Source: Candidatus Angelobacter sp. | GTDB lineage: Bacteria; Acidobacteriota; Terriglobia; Terriglobales; Acidobacteriaceae | Assembly: GCA_036270475.1 (NCBI GenBank) | Contig: DATBCN010000055.1 | Location: 1 to 48,579, forward strand | Reading direction: 5' to 3' | DNA length: 48,579 nt | In this document: positions 32,799 to 41,419 of the stretch, piece after piece | Layout of the letters: each line of letters opens with the position of its first letter | Position numbering within the stretch: position 1 is the first letter of the stretch | Position numbers and translations under genes: made by a program | Notes under the pieces: generated by a model | The model's input: only the letters and a program-made list of their open reading frames with translations | What the model was told of the DNA's origin: nothing | Database searches by the model: none

Positions 32799-34415
32799 AT
32801 GGCAGGCGCTGGTAGTCCGGTAAGCCAAATCGAGCGGAAAGGGAAACAGGCGCGAACACGAATGCTCCAAAGCAGGGAACAATACAGGCCGATTAACAGG
32901 CATAGTGGGATGGGCGTGTCTGGTCTTGCCCACCAAGCCAAAGAGGAAACGGTTGAGCAACGGGCAGCGGACCTCCGGCGGCTTCTGCAGGAAAGCGGCC
33001 CACTATTCTCAAGTTTCGCGCTTTATCTTTCTTCCAGGATTGATCTGTTACCCGCCGAGTATTGCCGCGAGTTAGCTTGTGTAGCTGACTCCTCGCCAGC
33101 GCGCTCTCTCTTGGATGTGGAGCGGGAGATGCTGGCTGGATTGGGTGGCATATTCCATGGGATCTTCAGAGCGTTTGAGCCAGTGCCATTCAGGGTAAGT
33201 TTATTGGACCAGACTCATGCTGCGATATTAGCCAACGGCGATAAAGTCACGGTCTGCTTCCTTCGTCCGGAGTACGCAGTTATTGGCAGCGCAAATCAGA
33301 TTGTTTCGCTCATCCGCGAGAAGCCATTTTGTGCTTTCGGCCCTGAGTTGGCGGATGACGCTATGCTCACGGACTTTGCTGCTGCATTGCAGAGGTCGGT
33401 CAACTTGCAAATCAGAGGGCAGGCGGTGGAAGGGCGTGCGAATCCGGGAGAGTTCTCAAACAGAAAACCGGTTTACAAGGTCTATCACGAACTTTCTGGA
33501 AAAAGGGTTTTAACTGCCGCAGCCGTTGGAGAAAACACCCTGTGTCAACTCATATGCGAACAACAAAGAAACTTGCCACTCTTAGCGCGCCACGTCTGCC
33601 GTGCATGGCTCAGGGAAGCGCTGTATGGCCGGTATGTCCCTGTGGATCCAAGGCCAGGAAACATCATTGTGTTGGGGCAGACAGATTTTATCTTCGCGGG
33701 CAATGAGTTTGCAGAGGTCCCATTGCGCGCAAGAGAGAACCTCCGTCATTACCTGTCTGCGACCCTTGAGGACGACCCTGACAGAGCGGCGCTACATTTG
33801 CTGCAAGAGATGCATCCGCCAAGAGGCGGTTTGAAAGACGCTGGTGAATTCCGAAGCCGGTTCAGGCAGGCAGCCTATTTTGGCGCGCTTGAGCCTGTCT
33901 TGGGGACAGACACAAATGCCCTGGCGCAACTTATCTTCCAACACTGGAAAACCGCTCTCAGTTTTGGGTACGCACCAACGCCGCATCTGCTGGTTTTCTA
34001 TAGAGGATTATTTTCCGTGGCACGAGTGGCCCGTGAATTAGCTCCAGCGGAAGACCCGTTGCGCGACGGCACGGAGGAACTGGATGCCGACATGATGTTT
34101 GAACAGCTCACCGACATTACTGGAACCACCTACTGGTCTGAGAGCGCGGACAAGTTCGCTACGGCAATGATCAACCTTCCGCAGACCCTGGATGAAGCGT
34201 TAAACCGCGGAAGTAGCCTAGAGCTTGACAACCATTTGGCGCCCGCTCCGGAGCATCCCGCGAGCAAACGCGCAAAGCCCATTGCGATGCTGGTGCTTTT
34301 TATCTCGGCAATCATCTTCATTTTTCAAACTGGTACAAATGGCTGGATGGAGCAAACCGTGGTGCTTGCGCTGATGCTCGCGGGGTTAGCCGGCTTACAA
34401 ATGTTGGTAGATTGA
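32799..34415 (+). CDS. Degenerate UbiB/ABC1-like paralogue (probable pseudokinase) with C-terminal TM segments
   Basis: 538 aa with the same domain order. The KxGQ box reads FSSFALYLSSRIDLLPAEY. The VAVKVxRP lysine is Cys (VTVCFLRP). HADLHPGN reads VPVDPRPGN. DFG reads FAGNEF. Confidence 0.7.
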   Translation: MAGAGSPVSQIERKGKQARTRMLQSREQYRPINRHSGMGVSGLAHQAKEETVEQRAADLRRLLQESGPLFSSFALYLSSRIDLLPAEYCRELACVADSSPARSLLDVEREMLAGLGGIFHGIFRAFEPVPFRVSLLDQTHAAILANGDKVTVCFLRPEYAVIGSANQIVSLIREKPFCAFGPELADDAMLTDFAAALQRSVNLQIRGQAVEGRANPGEFSNRKPVYKVYHELSGKRVLTAAAVGENTLCQLICEQQRNLPLLARHVCRAWLREALYGRYVPVDPRPGNIIVLGQTDFIFAGNEFAEVPLRARENLRHYLSATLEDDPDRAALHLLQEMHPPRGGLKDAGEFRSRFRQAAYFGALEPVLGTDTNALAQLIFQHWKTALSFGYAPTPHLLVFYRGLFSVARVARELAPAEDPLRDGTEELDADMMFEQLTDITGTTYWSESADKFATAMINLPQTLDEALNRGSSLELDNHLAPAPEHPASKRAKPIAMLVLFISAIIFIFQTGTNGWMEQTVVLALMLAGLAGLQMLVD

Positions 34416-34468
34416 AGCTGCATCGTTGCTGCCGAAGTTAGAACTTCAGCACCAAGGGAGGCGTAAGA

Positions 34469-35941
34469 ATGGATACGGGTAGGTTTTCCAAGGAAAATAA
34501 TGTGCCCCTGCAAACAGTCGTTGCCGACTGGGCTCCAGGAATTGAGATAGCGTTCCCCCGAGAATTTGGAGAAAGTGATCGCCCCGTACATTGCGTTCAA
34601 GGTGAAGTCCCAGATTTCGTGCGCGGAACGTATTACCTTAATGGTCCCGCAAAATTTGCAGTAGGTGATCTTGCTTATCAGAATTGGCTGGATGGCGACG
34701 GCATGGTCTGCGCTTTGAAGTTTGGCGGACAAGGCATACAGCTCAGCAATCGATACGTGCGGAGCACGAAATACAAGGCCGAAAAAGAACAGAGCGCTCC
34801 AGTATTTCGTGCGTTTGGGACCAATTTCCCTGGCAGCCGTTTGAATCTCCTGAACAATGGGCTTGAGTCGCCGGTGAACGTGAGCGTGTACAGGCTCGGA
34901 GCCGATCTGCTGGCATTTGGGGAGCAAGGTCTTCCTTGGATTCTTGATCCGCATACGCTGGAAACACGGGGCCAGTTCACAGCACAAGGACGTTTGAATG
35001 ATGCCAGCCCTTTTTCCGCTCATCCTAAATTCGATTCTGCTTCGCAAGAAATGTTTAATTTCGGGATCTTCTTCTCGGCGCAAACCCCGCGGCTCTATTT
35101 CTATTGCTTTGCGCCGGAGGGAATGCGATATCGCAAGGCCATACCACTGCCATATCCATGTTCCGTTCACGATTTTGCCTTGAGCACACGGTTCGCCGTC
35201 TTCTATTTGAGTCCGTATTTGTTTGACATTCAGGGATTTCTACAGCACGGCCATACTGTGCTTGAATCACTCCACTGGGCACCGGAGCAAGGGTCAATGT
35301 TGGTTGTGGCAGACCGCACGAATGGGGAAGTGGTTGCTTCAGTTCCGCTTGGCCAACGCTATTGCCTGCACCTAATGAATGCATTTGAGGAAGATGGTTC
35401 TCTTGTGGTGGATGTCTTGGAATTTGACGCGCCAGTCTATGGCGAGTATCAACCGCTTCATGGCATGTTTCCAAATGTCGCCAAGGGCGGCCCGGTGCGC
35501 TTTGTAATCGACTTGCAGAACAAGGCACTGGCGGACCGCAATCCCATGGAGTGTTTCTCTTCGCCTGACTTTCCGTGCATCGATCCATGCCGCATGATGC
35601 AACCCTATGAAGAGTTTTGGCTTTTGGGAATCTCGTCGTCGGGACGGACGGGGCGCAAATTCTTTGATCAGCTATTGCACGGCAACTGGAACCGCTCAAC
35701 CATGGAAGTTTATCAGTCCCCGCCGATGCGTTATCTGGGCGGCGAACCTGTTCTTATCAGCCCGCCGGGTTCTGAGGAATCTGTGGTGATCTGCCAGGAG
35801 GTGGATGTAGTGGAACGGACCAGTTACTTCCTGCTCTTTGATGCGAAATGCATCATGAACGGCCCAATCGCTCGCATTGCGACAGGACAGCTCATGTATT
35901 GTGGCTTTCACGCCATATTCCATCCTGAGAACAAAAAGTGA
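34469..35941 (+). CDS. Carotenoid cleavage oxygenase family (RPE65/CCD/lignostilbene dioxygenase-type) non-haem iron dioxygenase
   Basis: 490 aa. The SD GGGAGG is upstream. The N-terminal VPDFVRGTYYLNGP and four His contexts (AHPKFD, SVHDFA, LHLMNAFE, GFHAIF) fit the four-His iron site. Confidence 0.85.
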   Translation: MDTGRFSKENNVPLQTVVADWAPGIEIAFPREFGESDRPVHCVQGEVPDFVRGTYYLNGPAKFAVGDLAYQNWLDGDGMVCALKFGGQGIQLSNRYVRSTKYKAEKEQSAPVFRAFGTNFPGSRLNLLNNGLESPVNVSVYRLGADLLAFGEQGLPWILDPHTLETRGQFTAQGRLNDASPFSAHPKFDSASQEMFNFGIFFSAQTPRLYFYCFAPEGMRYRKAIPLPYPCSVHDFALSTRFAVFYLSPYLFDIQGFLQHGHTVLESLHWAPEQGSMLVVADRTNGEVVASVPLGQRYCLHLMNAFEEDGSLVVDVLEFDAPVYGEYQPLHGMFPNVAKGGPVRFVIDLQNKALADRNPMECFSSPDFPCIDPCRMMQPYEEFWLLGISSSGRTGRKFFDQLLHGNWNRSTMEVYQSPPMRYLGGEPVLISPPGSEESVVICQEVDVVERTSYFLLFDAKCIMNGPIARIATGQLMYCGFHAIFHPENKK

Positions 35942-35943
35942 GA

Positions 35944-35973
35944 GGGCCGGGGCAAGCGCAATGCTTGCCCGGC
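35944..35973 (+). terminator. GC-rich hairpin directly after the dioxygenase stop (terminator-like, no clear U-tract)
   Basis: GGCCGGGGCAAGC-gcaat-GCTTGCCCGGCC forms a 12-bp stem with one bulged G, 3 nt after TGA 35939-35941. Confidence 0.4.
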
Positions 35974-36103
35974 CTTGCTGCAAATCACGACCCACTTCTT
36001 GTCTATGAAAGCAGATATCGAATGCTTTCAGCGGTCTGCTCTGCAATGCAGGAGCAACCCGGAGCATGAGTGCTCCGGCCCGTCGATCGCTCAGGAGACG
36101 CAG

Positions 36104-36502
36104 ATGCCTATGCGACAACTTGCTAAATCTACATTGAGTCTGGGCTGGGCCCTTTCACTACTCGGGGCAAAACAGGCGTATGACCTTATGTCCGGTGAGC
36201 ATCAGGACACTGGAGATCCCATTGGGCGGGTCACGCAGACCGTGGTGGGCCAACTGGATGAATCGATGAAACGCATCCATCGCACCACCAGCACGGTGGA
36301 GTCGCGTATGGTCGACATGACATTTTCCTTTATGAATCCCGGCCAATGGTTGAGCCCAAAAGCGTGGAGCACATGGAATCCAATGGCAACGTGCGGCCGT
36401 GCCGCAGAGGGAAGCGGCGAGTCTGATGCAGGAACCGAACAGGACCCAAGTTCCGGCTCCGGAACATCTCAAGATGCAACCCAGAGTGCTGCTTCTGAAT
36501 GA
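36104..36502 (+). CDS. Hypothetical protein (132 aa) with an acidic Ser/Gly-rich tail
   Basis: ATG 36104 has the SD AGGAGA 5 nt upstream. The ORF track extends it to 35975. No recognisable family. Confidence 0.4.
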   Translation: MPMRQLAKSTLSLGWALSLLGAKQAYDLMSGEHQDTGDPIGRVTQTVVGQLDESMKRIHRTTSTVESRMVDMTFSFMNPGQWLSPKAWSTWNPMATCGRAAEGSGESDAGTEQDPSSGSGTSQDATQSAASE

Positions 36503-36789
36503 CGTTAATTGCTTTCAAAGCCTGAGAATCAACTCATACCAGCCGGCATGAAGCCAGAAGTGAATTGTGAGTTTGCGTAATGGCAGAGCTAGCAACTGGG
36601 GGCCAGTGGTGTTGATTTTCGCCTGGTGACGGATTCTTTATATCACCACAGTTAGGGCGGCCCCCTCTTGCTGTTCCATCCTGGATCCGGCATCCGCCAC
36701 CAAGGCTGGCAAAAGGCGAACCGTTGTACGAACTAACCCCTGAAAAACATGTAACTCAATCTGAAACAGAATTATGAATGAGGTGAGTT

Positions 36790-38034
36790 GTGCGAAAAGC
36801 GATTGTATATATCTTTGCGGTGACATTGGTCCTGGCTGGCGGTCTCAGTTTTGGCCAGACCAAGAGCAACCCCCGCCAGCCTTTACAGATAGACAGCAAT
36901 TTTTTTAACACGCTTGTCCGCGCACCAAGGTTTATGCGCCAGAATCGTCTCTCAGCGGCAACAAATAGCGCCACCCGGGATATGTCCGGCGCGCAGCCCC
37001 CACGGGTGCGAAGCGTCCAGACTTTCTCCAGCTCATTTGCATTCCAGGGGCAAACGTTCCCTTATACGATGGTGGGCCGTCCACCCCAAGCGGGCAATAC
37101 AACACGAATCGCTACTTCTTACATTCCCATGTCATTGATATTTGATGAATTCGTCGATGCAAACGGGAACAGCATTTTTCTGGATGCGAACGCCATCACT
37201 GATGAAATGCTCCATTCGCCTAATTTTGAGAGAGCGCAATATACCGTCGGCAACACTCAGTTTGGCGATGCAGTGCAGCGGGCTGAGTTCTTTAATGTGA
37301 TGAGGCGTTCCAACAGCGGGGATGACGATGAACTTGACGGTGGCTCATGGCACACTATCCTGCAACGTCCCCGGATACTGACACCGGTTGTAATTGAAGT
37401 GCCGGTCGGATCATCGGTTGTTTTTCAAATTCCAGGTGGTGGGTTTTTGGCGTTGATCGACATCAATTTTTTGGCTTCGCAACTCAACACGCTCCTTCAG
37501 ACAGAGGGCGTTCGGGTTGATGAGCTGCCGATCTTTACCACACGCAATGCGCTGTATGGAGATTTTTTCTTTGGTTTCCCGTTAAGCTGCTGCATTGCTG
37601 GTTTTCACACGGCTATAGAAGTTGGGCAAAGCGGGAACACTACGTTCGTTCAAACGTTTGCGTTTGCCAGCTCTCTTGATGCTGATATCGCCAACGGCGG
37701 TTTTGGGGATCCAACATTTTTTGCCGATGTACAGGCGCTTAGCCATGAAATTTCAGAATGGATGAACGACCCATTTACAAACAACATTGTGCCCGATTGG
37801 CAGTTTCCGGGACTGGGTGCAGGATCATGTTCCAATCTCCTGGAAACGGGCGACCCTGTTGAGAACCTGCCCAGCCCTGGGTTTCCAGTCATACTCCATG
37901 GCTTCACGTATCATCCACAAACAGAGGCCCTGCTGCAGTGGTTTTCCCGCGAGAACCCTTCAAGCGCTATTGGAGGAGCGTACTCATATCCGGGCAACAA
38001 CCTGACTTCACCTTCGCAAGCCTGTCCCAAATAA
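36790..38034 (+). CDS. Secreted hypothetical protein (signal peptide), unknown family
   Basis: 414 aa with a GTG start after GAGGTGA. The N-terminal signal is MRKAIVYIFAVTLVLAGGLSFGQ. It contains an HEISEW segment, which is not a canonical HExxH. A strong terminator follows. Confidence 0.6.
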   Translation: MRKAIVYIFAVTLVLAGGLSFGQTKSNPRQPLQIDSNFFNTLVRAPRFMRQNRLSAATNSATRDMSGAQPPRVRSVQTFSSSFAFQGQTFPYTMVGRPPQAGNTTRIATSYIPMSLIFDEFVDANGNSIFLDANAITDEMLHSPNFERAQYTVGNTQFGDAVQRAEFFNVMRRSNSGDDDELDGGSWHTILQRPRILTPVVIEVPVGSSVVFQIPGGGFLALIDINFLASQLNTLLQTEGVRVDELPIFTTRNALYGDFFFGFPLSCCIAGFHTAIEVGQSGNTTFVQTFAFASSLDADIANGGFGDPTFFADVQALSHEISEWMNDPFTNNIVPDWQFPGLGAGSCSNLLETGDPVENLPSPGFPVILHGFTYHPQTEALLQWFSRENPSSAIGGAYSYPGNNLTSPSQACPK

Positions 38035-38056
38035 ATCCTTTAGAAAGATGACTTAA

Positions 38057-38087
38057 GAGGCGCCGTAAATGGCGCCTCAATTTTTTT
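38057..38087 (+). terminator. Rho-independent terminator
   Basis: The perfect 8-bp stem GAGGCGCC-gtaaat-GGCGCCTC is followed by AATTTTTTT. Confidence 0.8.
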
Positions 38088-38275
38088 GCTTTCTGGATTT
38101 GTCATAATAGATACGCTTGACTGAGCGATGCCGCAGCCCTGCTTTTCTGCGAACGGTCATGTTTTTGTGTCGCCGACTGCAGTTAGCTATTGCCCCAGCA
38201 TTATCCTGTTTGCTATATACTCCTTTCTGCATAAGGCGCTCCAATCTTAATGCGTCTTATTTGCCAGGAACGAAA

Positions 38276-38824
38276 ATGAAAGAGCAAACAAATCACTCCC
38301 AGACTTCTTCTCAATTTTACTCACGCCGAAAAATGATTACGGGAAGCGCAATGGGCCTTGGTAGCCTGGCGTTTGCCGGCTTTGTTGGCAAGGCACAGGA
38401 TGCCGCTTCATCTCCACAGTCAAAGGCAATCCTTACGGTGAAGGCAATCCACCAGGAAGAGGATTTCGCTGCGTCCCCTCAGCGGATTTATGATGCCCTC
38501 CTCGATTCCAAGCAGTTCACTGCTTTGTCCGGCTTTCCTGGAGCGGAGATACACCGCGAAGTGGGCGGAACCTTCGTGCTCTTTGGCGGCCATGTGATTG
38601 GCCGAAATCTGGAATTGTCACCGAACCGTTTAATCGTACAAGCGTGGCGGGCCGCGGATTGGCCCGAGGGAATCCATTCGATTGCCAGATTTGAGCTGCT
38701 GCCGCAAGGTCCAGGTACGCGAGTCAAATTTGATCACACCGGTTTTCCACCCGAGAAAGCAGAAGCGCTGGAATCCGGCTGGCGCGACCACTATTGGACT
38801 ACTTTGCGGAAATACCTTGTCTAA
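38276..38824 (+). CDS. SRPBCC/AHSA1 (Aha1-like) domain protein with a twin-arginine signal peptide
   Basis: ATG 38276; the ORF track extends it to 38117. The Tat-like signal is SRRKMITGSAMGLGSLAFAGFVGKAQD. The C-terminal domain is a paralogue of the 48188..48577 product (shared RLIVQAWRA, ARFELL, DHTGFP). Confidence 0.7.
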   Translation: MKEQTNHSQTSSQFYSRRKMITGSAMGLGSLAFAGFVGKAQDAASSPQSKAILTVKAIHQEEDFAASPQRIYDALLDSKQFTALSGFPGAEIHREVGGTFVLFGGHVIGRNLELSPNRLIVQAWRAADWPEGIHSIARFELLPQGPGTRVKFDHTGFPPEKAEALESGWRDHYWTTLRKYLV

Positions 38825-38864
38825 CAATTGCCAAAGATGGTTTCTTGGAACTCTTGCGGAGAAG

Positions 38865-41096
38865 TCAGTCAATGTTCATTTGTGCCAGTAGCGCCCGATA
38901 ACGGGGATCTGAGCGATAAGGACCAAAATACGGTTCCGCGTCCATGCGCGTGAGATAAGAGTCCCGCTCTTTTGCGGCATCGTTTAGAGATGCAAACATT
39001 TTTTCGACGTCGCCAACGGCTGCATAATACACGCTAAAGCTGGCCGGCGAGACAAACCGCTTCGTGCCAGTTTCCCTGATTTCTGCTATCAGTTTTTCTG
39101 CCTGCTCGCGTTTGCCCGTCCGCGCATAAGCGGCCGCAAGAAAGCCGCCGGCCAACGTGAAAGCAGGCGCGAGCTTGACGGCGGTTTCCAGGCTGGCGAT
39201 GGATTGCTGCAACGATCCTTTTTGCGCCAGAGCCAGTCCCAGCGCAAAATGCACAAGCCAGTAGTCAGGATATATTTCCACGGACTTTGTGGCATGCCTG
39301 ATGGCGCTGTCAAATTTGTGCTGGCAATAGAGGGCAAATGCCAGGCCGAAGTGGACCATCATCGAGAGTGGATCAGTCTCCAGGGCGCGTCTGTATTCAT
39401 CTTCTGCTTCCTGAAAGCGCTTTAGAGGCGTAAGGAAGTAAAGTGCATAGCGTACGCGAACCAGTGGAGGAACGGGATTGACGGCCATAGCTGCTTGCAG
39501 GTGATGCTCCGCCGCTTTCCAGTCATAGTTAACGGCGCCAGAGATTACTCCCAGCACGCTGTGTGCCTCACTCAATGTCTGGTCAAGAGCCAGGGCCTTT
39601 TCCGCGGCGGCCCGCGCCAGCGGCGCCATCTCGACCATCCGTCTGATGCTGAGGGCGCCAATGCCATGATAAAAAACTGCCAAGCCGGCATGTGCGGGAG
39701 CATGATCCGGATCATGCTGCAGAGCTTGTTCAAAAGATTCCTTGGCTTTCGCCAGGCTTTCTGGCGTGTAGCGCTGATACCAATACAAACCTTTTAGGTA
39801 ACTCTGAAAAGCCTCAATGTTTTCCGGCCGGCGTTGAGGAGGGGCAAGCCGGACCTTTAGAACGGTGGCAATCGCCTGGGATATGTCGTCCTGCACGGCG
39901 AAAATATCCGTCATCTCGCGATCATATCGATCAGACCAGAGCTGCGATTCGTCAGCCACTCGAATGAGCTGAGCGGTAACGCGGACATGATTGCCAGATC
40001 TGCGGACGCTGCCTTCCAAAACAGTTCCCACTCTCAGCCGGTCACCAATGCTGCGCAAGTCCTGCTCCTGGCCGCGAAATGTAAATGCTGATGTGCGGGC
40101 GATTACCTTCAAATCCGATGCCTTGGCGAGAGCGTTGATGATCTCCTCAGCCAATCCATCGCTGAAATATTCATTTTCCTTGTCCGGGCTCAGGTTCACA
40201 AAGGGCAGCACGGCAATTGACCGGGGCTCGCCAGAGGCGGAGTTTGAGGAAGCCTCCACCAAGTCCTGCCTGACCTCGACCATGGTCTGAAACCTTTGAT
40301 CTGGGTCCTTGCGCAAGCAGCGTGCAATGTGCCGTTCCAATGAATATGGAATTGCTACCCTGAGATCACGCAATGAACGGGGTTCTTCCCGCAAAATGGA
40401 TGTCAGGACGGAAATCCATGACTCCCCACCGAAGGCGCGTTGCCCTGACAACATCTCATACAGCACCAATCCATAGGAAAAAATGTCAGACCGGGAGTCC
40501 TGTTTTCGTCCTTCTATCTGCTCGGGAGACATATAAGCAGGCGTTCCAGCAAATGTAGTTGTGCCTGTTGACTGGGTTGCGATCGCGATTGCTTTTGTGA
40601 GCGCTGGTTCTGTCAATTTTGCGAGACCAAAATCAAGCAGCTTTGCACGCCCATCTTCCGTCACCATGATATTTGCCGGTTTTAAGTCGCGATGAATAAT
40701 GCCTGCGGCATGGGCAGCGGAAAGCGCATCAACAATCTCAGCCGCGTACTTAACCGCGTCTTTCAAGGGCAGCCCATTGCCACTGTTCACCTTTTCCAGA
40801 GTCGCACCTGTCAGGAATTCCATGGCAATAAAGCAGGCGCCATCGTGCTCGGAAATATCATGGATGGTAACGATGTTGGGATGGTTCAGCCTGGATGCCG
40901 CCTGGGCTTCCACCAGAAACATGCGCTTTCTTTCAGCGTCAGCAACTTTGTCTGGCGGAAGCGTCTTGAGTGCGATGACACGCTGAAGCCTGGTGTCACG
41001 TGCCTTGTAGACTTCTCCCATTCCTCCCGCTCCAAGAAAGGAAAGGATTTCATACTGACCGATTCGAGTCCCCGCGGCAAAGGCCATGAGCTTCAC
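38865..41096 (-). CDS. Ser/Thr protein kinase with C-terminal TPR-repeat region
   Basis: 743 aa. Kinase motifs are GAGGMGEVYKA, IALK, HRDLKPANIM, DFGLAK and GTPAYMSPE. A central region is followed by multiple TPR-like repeats. Confidence 0.9.
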   Translation of the reverse strand: MKLMAFAAGTRIGQYEILSFLGAGGMGEVYKARDTRLQRVIALKTLPPDKVADAERKRMFLVEAQAASRLNHPNIVTIHDISEHDGACFIAMEFLTGATLEKVNSGNGLPLKDAVKYAAEIVDALSAAHAAGIIHRDLKPANIMVTEDGRAKLLDFGLAKLTEPALTKAIAIATQSTGTTTFAGTPAYMSPEQIEGRKQDSRSDIFSYGLVLYEMLSGQRAFGGESWISVLTSILREEPRSLRDLRVAIPYSLERHIARCLRKDPDQRFQTMVEVRQDLVEASSNSASGEPRSIAVLPFVNLSPDKENEYFSDGLAEEIINALAKASDLKVIARTSAFTFRGQEQDLRSIGDRLRVGTVLEGSVRRSGNHVRVTAQLIRVADESQLWSDRYDREMTDIFAVQDDISQAIATVLKVRLAPPQRRPENIEAFQSYLKGLYWYQRYTPESLAKAKESFEQALQHDPDHAPAHAGLAVFYHGIGALSIRRMVEMAPLARAAAEKALALDQTLSEAHSVLGVISGAVNYDWKAAEHHLQAAMAVNPVPPLVRVRYALYFLTPLKRFQEAEDEYRRALETDPLSMMVHFGLAFALYCQHKFDSAIRHATKSVEIYPDYWLVHFALGLALAQKGSLQQSIASLETAVKLAPAFTLAGGFLAAAYARTGKREQAEKLIAEIRETGTKRFVSPASFSVYYAAVGDVEKMFASLNDAAKERDSYLTRMDAEPYFGPYRSDPRYRALLAQMNID

Positions 41097-41419
41097 CGAT
41101 TTTCAGCCCAGTCAAATTGAAGCGGGAACCTGCCTAAATCGAAAGCCCGCAAATAATGAACGCCAGCAGTGACTTCATGCTCAGAGTTGAATTCCGGCAC
41201 GAAGTCCTGACGGCGCAGATTGCCCGCTGGGTGGATGCTGGGTTGCATTTACGCCGGATGGAGGCTTCAGATTCAAAGGTGTGGAAGTGCTTGAATCCCA
41301 GCACCGGCTGTGCCAATGTCCAATTGGGAACGAGACACCTTGCCCGTTGCCCTGGCGCAAAACAAGAGCGGCTCAACTGCTATTCCCATTGCAATTGAGT
41401 TCGAACAAATACGGAAGCC

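Noticed and set aside
34325-35699. Long minus-strand ORFs (34325..35170, 281 aa; 35055..35699, 214 aa) antisense to the dioxygenase gene. Similar antisense ORFs occur elsewhere, for example 32118..32678, 1255..1806, 6459..7307 and 13972..14436.
   Set aside because: Each overlaps a motif-supported gene on the other strand. Their Arg/Ser/Pro/Cys-rich sequences have no family resemblance, as expected for shadow frames in moderately GC-rich DNA.
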